DNA of 64,000 nt from Spirochaetota bacterium (GTDB taxonomy: Bacteria > Spirochaetota > UBA4802 > UBA5550): assembly GCA_963663865.1 (NCBI GenBank), contig OY760686.1, positions 768,001 through 832,000 of the forward strand. Reading direction: 5' to 3'. The number at the start of each line of letters is the position of its first letter. Within the stretch, counting starts at the first letter, position 1. The notes beneath the pieces are model-generated. The model was not told the origin of the DNA. It ran no database searches and was given only the letters and a program-made list of their open reading frames with translations. This document shows, one piece after another, positions 1 to 9,600 of the stretch. Position numbers and translations under genes: made by a program.

Positions 1-124
1 TTACAGAAATGACGACAGCATCAAGATTCTCGATATCGCTCTTGAAAAGGGAACGCTGAACCGAAAGGAAATCGATAAAGAGAAAAAGGTCAGATTTTTC
101 AGAGAGAACTTCCCGGTTGACTGA
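1..124 (+). CDS. 3' end of an unidentified gene entering the window
   Basis: Frame 2 is open from the window edge (YRNDDSIKILDIALEKGTLNRKEIDKEKKVRFFRENFPVD) to TGA at 122-124, followed by a terminator. Confidence 0.6.
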   Translation, partial: YRNDDSIKILDIALEKGTLNRKEIDKEKKVRFFRENFPVD

Positions 125-156
125 CAGTAAAGAGAATGCTTTTGTTTTTTTAGAGG

Positions 157-182
157 GCCTGCTTGAAAAAGCGGGCTTTTTT
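157..182 (+). terminator. Rho-independent terminator
   Basis: GCCTGCTT-GAAA-AAGCGGGC stem followed by a T-run. Confidence 0.7.
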
Positions 183-189
183 GTGTGTT

Positions 190-465
190 GTGCGCGGGCT
201 TTTCTCTTAGCAGGGAGCCTGCTTGTCATTTTTCACGCTGAGAGCGTGGCACTTCTTTTGCCGCTTTTTGACCGGCCAAAAAGCGGCGGGAAAAAGCCGT
301 TCCTCAGGCGCCGGAAGGGCTTGGCTGTAGCTGTTACCAAACTATTGCAGCGCCGTTATCATCATCCTGATGAAACGGCGCCCGGGCGATTTTCATCCAT
401 GAAAATCTCACTTGTTGGGTTGTTGAAGCAGTGTGCCTATAGTTTCTTAATTCCGCTATAATGTT
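190..465 (+). repeat. Multi-hairpin dispersed repeat, copy 1
   Basis: Modules CAGGGAGCCTG, CACGCT-GAG-AGCGTG (234-248), GCCGCTTTTTG-N6-CAAAAAGCGGC (260-287) and core GCGCCGTTATCATCATCCTGATGAAACGGCGC...GAAAATCTCACTTGTT shared with the other copies; ends approximate. Confidence 0.9.
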
Positions 466-524
466 CCTGCCGACGCATCGTAGTCAGACGCGGAAAAGGA
501 TGAATTGCCGCTGGCTTTTATATA

Positions 525-1005
525 GCTGCGCTGCGTGACACGCTTTTTTGTTGGCAGGGAGCCTGCCTGGCTTTCTCACACTGGGAGTGTGAGGCCTTTT
601 TCTTCGTCACTTTCGTCCGGGTTTTTTGCCGCAGGCTTTAACTTGCTCAGCTGTGCGACTTGCTTTTCTCTTGTCAGAGACAGGGAGCCTGTGGACCATT
701 TTCACGCTGAGAGCGTGGTACATCGTTGGCTTGTAACGGTATCGACCGTTTTCCGAAAATATATTTTGTGCGGAGCGCACGGGCATTTCTTCCGCCACTT
801 TTTTGTTGCGCCACAAAAAAGTGGCCAAAAAAAGGCGTTCCTCAATCGCCGTAAGGGCTGGCTTTTGCAGTTAGCAAACTATTTCAGCGCCGTTATCATC
901 ATCCTGATGAAACGGCACCCGGGAGATTTTCCTCCATGAAAATCTCACTTGTTGAGCTGTTGAGGCAGTGTGCGTGTAGTCTCTTAAATCCCCCATTATG
1001 TTCCA
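525..1005 (+). repeat. Multi-hairpin dispersed repeat, copy 2 (left module duplicated)
   Basis: Triloop hairpins at 575-593 and 703-717, T/A-tract hairpin at 794-825, conserved core at 887-946; ends approximate. Confidence 0.9.
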
Positions 1006-1171
1006 GCCGAATTCTCGCAGCTCCCGTGTGGCTGACGGTGATGAAGAGGTGCGCCTCGCGCGCAAAAGAAAGTACGCTCCCTACAAAGAGTGCATTTAAA
1101 GATAATAAATCGAAGGAAGCCAGAGAAAAAAGTGAGAAGATGCTGAAACGGAATCTACGGGAGCCTGTTAT

Positions 1172-2044
1172 TTACAATATATTGTAAATATGCTTAATCA
1201 TTCCGGATTGCCATTTTTTTTTAGATTTAATATACATATACCTATGACACTTCGAACTTGCCAAAAGAGATTTCAGGTTAAGGTTGCAGTCATAATTATA
1301 AAGAAAATGTGTTAAAAGCTCATTTAACAACATCCGTTTTTTTAAATATGTAAATGGGGAATGTAAAAATGTGAAAATTTTTGCTGAATCAATAAATCTG
1401 GCAACATCCATATATGGAGATCCAAAGTAAAAGATTTCCTTGAAATCAATAATCCAAATGCGATTTGTATTGTCTATTAAAACATTCATGGGTTTGAAAT
1501 CAGCATGAATGTAACAGAAATCATCTTTAGGCAAAGATTCATACAGACTTGTAATTTCATTATTTTCGTATGTTTCAGCTTCTTTTAGCCTATTGCTGTC
1601 AAATCGGCAAAAAGATTTCTTGAAGCTCATCTCCCTGGGGAATAGGTTGTGGTATTCTTTTAAAACCATGCCCGATCTGGAAAAAATATCAATCAGTTTT
1701 GTGAAATCCTTTAGAATATTGTCATGGAGAATACTTTGTATGTTTTTTGATCCTTCTACATACTTCATAACATAGAAGTTCTCTTTTTTGTTACTGAAAA
1801 AGGGCTCTGGGATATTAAAATTTAAATAATTACGTTTGTTTAGCCAGGATTTATAAACCATAGAATGATTCATGAAATCTTTGTGCATATTTTCTCCATG
1901 TTTTCCAAGTTTGAGCACATAAGATTGGTGTTCGCTCCTGATTTCATATACTCGTGAACAGTCGGTAGTTGACATTAGTTTATAAGAATGGATGTTTTCT
2001 CCAATCTGTTTTTCTATTCCTCTTATGATTCTTTTTATAGCCAT
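1172..2044 (-). CDS. Aminoglycoside phosphotransferase/choline kinase-like protein
   Basis: 290-aa ORF with VLK lysine motif, Brenner motif HADFKPMNVLI and IIDF; visibly AT-rich. Confidence 0.75.
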   Translation of the reverse strand: MAIKRIIRGIEKQIGENIHSYKLMSTTDCSRVYEIRSEHQSYVLKLGKHGENMHKDFMNHSMVYKSWLNKRNYLNFNIPEPFFSNKKENFYVMKYVEGSKNIQSILHDNILKDFTKLIDIFSRSGMVLKEYHNLFPREMSFKKSFCRFDSNRLKEAETYENNEITSLYESLPKDDFCYIHADFKPMNVLIDNTNRIWIIDFKEIFYFGSPYMDVARFIDSAKIFTFLHSPFTYLKKRMLLNELLTHFLYNYDCNLNLKSLLASSKCHRYMYIKSKKKWQSGMIKHIYNIL

Positions 2045-2329
2045 AGTAATTCTAAATCCGGTTTAACTGAAAATATGATTCCTGCCTGCTCTGCGAATGA
2101 GCTGAGGCAGTACAAAGAACTCAAAAAATTGTAAAGACGGCTATCACTGACAAAGCTGTATAAATAACCAATTAACTAAAAGGATAAAAAAGTCAATAGA
2201 ATAGTCAAAATAATTATCATTTAAATTAATGGGAACGAATATAATCTTTCAATACTATGTTTCAGAATTGAGTTTCTTCTTAACAATTTGGACCTGGTAG
2301 TCTTGATTTTAGAGTAGGGGGGTGGTGTC

Positions 2330-2864
2330 TGCCTTGAATTTTTCATGCCGAGAGTGAGGCTTCTCTTTTGCCGTTTTTGACCAGCGTCTGTTGCCGCAGG
2401 CTTATATTCAGCTGCGCTGCGCGAGATGCTGTTCTTTTGGCAGGGAGCCTGCCTGGCTTTTTCACACTGGGAGTGTGAGGCCTTTTTTTAGTCACTTTCT
2501 TTTTTAGAGCCAAAAAGGGGTGTTGCCCTAGGCTTTAACTCGCTCAGTTCCGCGACTCGCTTCTCTTCTGGCAGAGAGCCTGTCTGTTATTTTTCACACT
2601 GAGAGTGTGAGACCTTTTTCTTCGTCACTTTCGTCCGGGCGAAAGTGACCAAAGCCCGTTCCTCAGGCGCCGGAAGGGCTTGGCATTTGTAGTAACTCGA
2701 CTATTTCAGCGCCGTTATCATCATCCTGATGAAACGGCGCCCGGGAGATTTTCCTCCATGAAAATCTCACTTGTTGAGCTGCTGAGGAAGGGTGCGTCCA
2801 GTTTTTTAATTCCGCCATTGTATTTCGGCACCCGGTAGAGCCGCCCAAATTGGGCGGCTCTACC
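2330..2864 (+). repeat. Multi-hairpin dispersed repeat, copy 3, ending in a GTAG palindrome
   Basis: Triloop hairpins at 2462-2478 and 2594-2610, GTCACTTTCG-N6-CGAAAGTGAC at 2624-2649, core at 2709-2768; left end approximate. Confidence 0.9.
2834..2864. repeat. GTAG-type REP-like palindrome
   Basis: GGTAGAGCCGCCCAA-A-TTGGGCGGCTCTACC, a perfect inverted repeat. Confidence 0.85.
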
Positions 2865-2944
2865 TCACCGTGACACGCAGCACCCCGCGGATGACAAGAT
2901 GAGGAGGGAAGCCGAAGGCCGGAATATTGACTTCAGTACAAATC

Positions 2945-3002
2945 GCACTGGTTGAGCTGTTGAGGCAGTGTGCATGCATAGTCTTTCCATCTCCATTATG
3001 TT
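2945..3002 (+). repeat. Partial copy of the right-hand module of the repeat
   Basis: CACTGGTTGAGCTGTTGAGGCAGTGTGC...CCATTATGTT matches the 3' part of copies 1-4. Confidence 0.75.
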
Positions 3003-3146
3003 TTGATCTTCTGTTTCGATATCGGGCTTTTTATGTAATAACGTTCAGCATCAGAGAAAATGAAAAAAATTGCATTAGAATAAAAAATAATTCACGGCCG
3101 AAGAATATGGAACGTGTAACTAATAGATATCAAAGGGTAACGATAC

Positions 3147-3223
3147 AACTGGAACACAAACGGTATTGAAACGGTGTACGACTGGAGCAGTAACGGAGAT
3201 ATAACGGAGTAGTAACGGAGCTG
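3147..3223 (+). repeat. Degenerate 11-bp-period direct repeat, 7 units
   Basis: AACTGGAACAC/AAACGGTATTG/AAACGGTGTAC/GACTGGAGCAG/TAACGGAGATA/TAACGGAGTAG/TAACGGAGCTG. Confidence 0.7.
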
Positions 3224-3388
3224 TAGATGTTAACATGAGGCTGTGAGGGAGCAAAAATGCCCGGGACGTTTTTTTGCATTGTCAGCTGTTGTTGTGAGAA
3301 ACCGGGGGATTTTTCCAACAAGCGGGTGAAGATATCTATGCATTATGGCATATTACGTAATAATATTGATCTAACCGTCATTATGTTC

Positions 3389-3435
3389 CGGCACCCGGTA
3401 GAGCCGCCCAATTTGGGCAGCTCTACCGGGTGCCG
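3389..3435. repeat. Extended GTAG-type REP-like palindrome
   Basis: CGGCACCCGGTAGAGCCGCCCAA-T-TTGGGCAGCTCTACCGGGTGCCG, one mismatch. Confidence 0.85.
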
Positions 3436-3542
3436 TATTGTGCAGGTATATCTACGCAGGGAACGGTCGAGACTGTTCCGCATCATCCACCAAGACTACA
3501 TCGAGTCATCCATGGTATAAAAAGAAAAGCAGCGAGAAAAGC

Positions 3543-3571
3543 TTGACATTAAGAATTGTACTGGTTATGAA
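3543..3571 (+). promoter_or_regulatory. Putative sigma70 promoter of the Rhs gene
   Basis: TTGACA, 17-bp spacer, TATGAA; GAGGAG RBS ahead of ATG 3602. Confidence 0.5.
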
Positions 3572-3601
3572 TTTCTCACATACCATTTGAGGAGCCGGCA
3601 G

Positions 3602-6600
3602 ATGAATATTATTCAAGCCCTTTCAAGCCCTTTCAAGCCCTTTCAAGCCCTTTCAAGCCCTTTCAAGCCCTTTCTGATTATTCTTATGTTATCATTTTTC
3701 ATTATCTGTGCAGATAATATTTACGCGAACCACGCGGTCAATCCCGACGGGTCTTTCGCCTATAGCATTCCAATTGAGGTCCCGCCCGGAACGAATGGAA
3801 TAGCCCCTTCGCTTTCTCTTACATATAACTCAAACGCCGGCAACGGAATCTGCGGTGTCGGGTGGCAGCTTTCCGGACTGCCGTACATTACGCGCGACAG
3901 TACCTATCCTGTAAACTATGACGGGTTTGACCATTACACAGGGCCTGCCGGACGGCTGGTAAATATCGGCGGCAGCGTCTATCATTACGAGGATGAGAAC
4001 TTCTGCAGGGTGGAGGCACATGGTTCTTATGGCGACGGCCCTGAGTACTGGGTAGAGACAAAGCCTGACGGGACGAAGTATTATTACGGATATAACAGCG
4101 GGGAATGCGACTTCGGTTCCAGCTATCGTTCAAAGATATCAATGGTAAAAGGCAACGGATCTATAACTTCTAATACAAGGGTCTGGGCCCTGTCAAAGGT
4201 TCAGGATATTAACGGAAATTATTACAGCATCAAATATACCCAGTCAAATGGCCAGTTTTACCCTGAGGAAATTATTTATACCGGAAATGTCGTAACAGAT
4301 TACGATGCCCGCCGGTCAGTTGAGTTCGATTACGAATCAAGGACAGACGATATTGCTGATTATTCATCCTCATCAAGAGTCGAGACATATAACAGATTGA
4401 AAAGCATAACGGTAAAGCTTGACGGAGATGAGGTCAGGAAATACACTCTTTATTACTCAAGCACTTCATCCTATGGAGGGCTTAGAAGCCGTATTGCCAA
4501 TGTTGCCGACAGCGGTCTGCCTGCGGGAGAAAATTTTTACAGCTTCAGCTGGACAAACTCGCCTGTATCTTACAACTCTTATTATGGAAATCTGAACTAC
4601 GATACTGAGAATATTGGTAATTCCTATTTTGGCGATTATGATGGTGACGGCAAGCTCGATTACATGATAAAAAACGGCGCCTCCCTGAAGGTTTTCAAAT
4701 TTAACGGATCAGGCTGGGTTGATATCGGACAGTACTCGGGTGTCGGTTATGTTTATAATATGATGGTGGATGTGAACGGCGATAATAGATCAGATCAGAT
4801 AATGCCAACTATGGATTTCTCTCAGGCAGATTACAATTTTCATTTCTATCATACAATCAGGTATGCCGGTTCCGGGACACTGGAGAATGTCACTTTCGGC
4901 AATGACGCTTATACGGCAAGTGCTGTTACGGTTGATGCCAGAGTGCGCTACGTTGATGTCAACGGGGACGGGAAATGTGATATAGTGTATAGAGACGCGA
5001 ATAATAACCACAAATTCCTGTATCGGACTGAACCCGGTCAGGGGAATTATCCTCAATCCGGGGGGAACTGGAGGCTGGGGACAAGCGTGCAATTCCCGAG
5101 CGGGAGCACGGATTCCGGATCTGATTATCCCTGTTTCACATACACTGACGCTACAGGTGATGGGAAAGCTGATATTGTATTTATAAAATACGATCCAGTA
5201 TCGGGGACAGTTAAAGCAAGGGTTTGTGTAAACAAGGGCTCAGGATGGCAAGAGAGCTTTACAGCTTATTCATTTCCATCGAGTTATTCTACGATATCTG
5301 ACAGATATACTGTTACAGACATGAACGGAGATGGACTGACGGATATTGTTTACAGAAATGATAACAATCAGCATTATATTTATTCAAGCACAGGGACTTC
5401 ATTCAGGCAGAGCGCGTACACGGATATTTTGGGAACTGAATCGGATTCAGCTTATTATAACTACTATGATATGAATGGCGACGGTTGGACGGACATTGTT
5501 GCCATGAATTCCTCTGGGAATTTTACAATAGCTCTGGCAAAGTCTGTCATAGGCAAAAACTGGACCACTGTAAGCAAATCTCTGGGGAACGGAGATAAGG
5601 AAAGGTACCGGTTTGGAGATTTCAACGGAGACGGCCGGGTTGATATTTTATATATCAACAAATCATCAGATCAATTAGTGCTCGGGACTTCATTTTGTAA
5701 GGCAATAGAGAAGATTTCTACAGCGACTCCGCCGAATCAGACATTAACGAGTGTTGTTTATGAGCTTCCGACAACCATGACAGATAATATTGATGATTGG
5801 GTTGCTGACAGTGCTTTATATTTGTCGGGAGGGAGCGGTAAATTTATGCCGGATAATACCCCGAGGAGCCTGGTGTCATCACTAACAGTTCATGACGGTG
5901 TTTCATATTATGACGCGGATGAATACTGTTTGTGGTACGAGCCTGATATAAGCGTGTGTTATGAGCCGGATTATAGAAAAATAAGTTCAACAGTTTACTC
6001 ATATCACAACGGACTGATAAAGAAGGGATTGCCATATGAGAGGAAGAGTGTCGGATTTGAAAGAGTTGCGTCCAGAATGGGGGATGGAACCTATGCAAGG
6101 AATGATTATATTCAGACAGGGCTTTCGTTTCCCGGAAGAATGGCATACCATTATGAGTTTAGCTCCGAAAGACAGACAATTAGTCGAAAGTATTATACGT
6201 ATCTGGAGGAGACGCCGTATTCCGGAGTGAAGTGGATTAAGACGGATTCTGAACTCAGTCATGACTATGAATCAGGAGTAGCTGTTTCAAATATTCTGAG
6301 AGAATATGGCTACGACGAAGGCGATAGTGGTTGTTATGGTAACGTAACTTCAATAGCGATGAGTGTCAACGGTAATGATGGACTATATACGGAGATATCT
6401 TACAGTCCGAATCAATCGGACTGGATAATTAACCGGGTAATATCGGTAAAGAAATGGGAGAACAGCAGCTGCGCCAATCTTATTTCATGGTCGAGCTTTG
6501 GTTACGATAATTACGGATGGGGAGGAAATATCAAGACGAAGGCAGATTACCTGAAGGAAGGTACGAGCTGGAGGGCTATTGAAAGAAATTTTGGATATGA

Positions 6601-9600
6601 TGATTACGGAAATATAACATCGCTTTCTTTCCCAAATGGGACAGGAGGAAATTCCAGCGTCATAACGAACACATATGACGAGGACTATCATACCTTTCCT
6701 GTTGAAGAAATATCATCTAATGACAGCGGCACAGAGCTCAAAACAATTACTACCTATGATTATGCTACTGGAAATAAAACATCAGTTACGGATGCCAATG
6801 GCAATACTACTGTTTATGAATATGACGATTATGGAAGAATTGTTGCTGAGAAGGCCCCTGGCGATGACTGGACAAAACAGTATTTATACTCCAAAGAATA
6901 CTTCCCGGCGCCTTACAGCGTTGTTGAGAGCCGCTTTAAAGACGATTCGTCTCTCGGTTATTCGTGGAAGCGTGAATACTATGACGGGCTTAAGCGCGTT
7001 GTAAAGACCGAGTCGAAGGGGTACAATGGACATGCGCTTGTTCAGGAGTTTAGCTATGATCTGCTCGGAAGGCTTGAGTCAAAGACAAACCAGTACCTGA
7101 GCGGATGCGATACTCCTCAGAAAACGGAATATGAATATGACAGCGCCGGAAGGCCGCAGAAGGCGGAAGCTCCGGATTCAACGGTCAAGAGAACGGAGTA
7201 CAGCTACGCGGGAAACCTCAAGGTGCTCAGGGAGATAGATGCTGACGGCAATGCCAGTTTGAGCAAGTATGACGCGCAGGGGAGGCTCAGGTACCAGGTT
7301 GATCCGTCGGGCGGAACGATAACATATAACTACGATGCCCTCGGCAGGCTGATATCGACTGTTGACGCGGGCGGGAATGTAACCTCAATTGCCTACGATA
7401 CTCTCGGAAGGAAGACGTCGATTACTGATCCGAACACGGGGACTACCTCGTTTACCTACTATGACAGCGGCGATGTGAAGACCCAGACGAACGCGCGAGG
7501 TGTAACGCTTACCTATACCTACGACTCGCTTAACAGGATAACATCTGAGAGCTCTTCAGACGGGACTGTCAGGGCCGAGTATGTCTATGACAGCGGGACT
7601 ACGAACAACCTCAAGGGCAGGCTTTACGGTGTAGATGACAATTCGGGGAGCACGGTGTTTTCATACGACGCGAGGGGTAATGTCACTCACACCCTGCGTT
7701 CAATAGACTCAGACGGAGACGGGGTTGAGGACCGCGAATTCGCGGCGTCATTTGCCTACGATTCGCAGAAGAGGCTTGTTGAAACGGCCTATCCTGACGC
7801 GAATCATCTTGTTGTGAAGAGGGTGTACGGGGAGGCCGGAAACCTCCACGCGGTGACAGACGAGTCGGGCAACGCCTTTGTGCAGTACAGAAGGTCTGGG
7901 TCGACAGCGACTGCCATGAACGGCCATTCCATAAGCAGGATGACCGGAAACGGTGTTGAGACAGTAGTTGATTTTAATCCCGCCAACATGAGACCCGTCA
8001 CTCTTGAGACAAAGAGGGGGAATGATGTTCTTGAGCAGATGAGCTATACGTTCAGACCAGGGGGCAATATTCTTTCAATAACCGACGGATGTACCTCTGA
8101 CGGTAATGACAGCGAGAGCTTTACCTACGATTCGGTTGGAAGGCTGGCACAGGCGGTATCGGCTTCATCGATGTATGGAACAAGGGACTATGTATACGAC
8201 GCTCAGGGAAATATACAGCTGCATGTCGTAGACAACTCGGTAGCTTTCGGCTACACCTATGGCAGCTCAGCGCATCCTCACGCGGTTTCTTCTACAACAG
8301 CTTTGCCATACAACATGCCGGTGGGCTCATACAGCTATGACTCAACCGGCAACATGACTTACAGAAACGGCAAGACGCTTGTCTACGACGCGAAGAACCG
8401 TCTCATAGAGGTGAGAAACGGGGCTAATGTAGTGGAAAGCTACGTCTACGACTTTACCGGTGCGAGAATAATCAAGAAGCTCGCTGACGGTTCGGCGGTG
8501 TTCTCCATAAACGGGATGCATGACCTGAAGACAACGCCCGGGTTCCCCGATCAGTACGTGAATTACATAACAGGGGCTGAGGGCGACCTTGCCGCGCAGA
8601 TTGAGGGAGTCAACACGGCAGCCGGCGCGAGCGTCTACCCTGTTGTGAAGAACATGTACAACTGGAAGAGCCCGGCGGGACTGATGCTAACGATAAACGC
8701 CTACGCGAGCGCGTGGCTGAACAACCCGGCGAACTACAGAAGGCTGGGATACGCGCTCTTCGTCCTGCTTTTGGCGGCGTGTTCATTTGTGCTGTTCTAC
8801 AGCGTGAGAAGGTATAAAGCAGCAAGGAGCGCTAATCCTGGTTACATGCTGCCATGGCCATGGCTGAGGCACAGCGTACCCGGAATACTGCTCTTCTTCG
8901 TGTTTACATCTTTCGGGCTCACCGGCTGCTTCGACGGGTCGGTAGACAATACGACAAGAAGCAATGTGAAGTACATGCACCCCAACCATGTAGGTTCAGT
9001 GGCAATGGTAACCGACCACGAAGGAACGGTGGTGGCGCGGTACAAGTACGAGCCGTACGGGAAAGTACTGGTTCAGTCAACAGGCACCGGAATTTCAGAC
9101 TACAAGTACACATCACAAAAGTCGGACGCTACAGGCCTCTACTACTACAACGCGAGGTACTATGACCCGGAAATCGGCAGGTTCATAACGGCTGATACCG
9201 AGATACCTGATGTTAAGAACACTCAAGCTTTCAATAGGTACATGTACGTTGTCGGAAATCCGGTGAATTATGCTGATCCGAGTGGACACTGGGGATTCGG
9301 CTGGCTGAAAAATATAGCCAGTAGTGCGTGGAATGGGATTAAAACAGCAGGGAAAGTGATGTATGATTATGTAATAAAGCCTGTGTATGATAATGCCTTA
9401 GCTCCTGTGGGGCATTTCTTCCGGGCTGGCTGGGATGGTGCAATGGATACGGTATTTTCCGGAGATTGGTGGGAAGGGATAGGGAAAAATATTTATAATG
9501 TTTTAACTGACAAAAACTTTTATTATACAGCAGCTTTGGTAGCACTTGTTGTTGGATGTAGTTGTTTTGCTGGATTATCCATCGGCTTGTATATAGGTTT

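Noticed and set aside
117-1187. ORFs 117-461, 535-939, 607-828, 871-1065 and 936-1187 with recurring peptides
   Set aside because: They lie on the repeat, and the shared peptides appear in different frames and strands between copies; the conservation is structural, not coding.
2927-3520. ORFs 2927-3169, 3130-3321 and 3257-3520
   Set aside because: They overlap repeat fragments and palindromes, and have no convincing RBS or recognisable domain.
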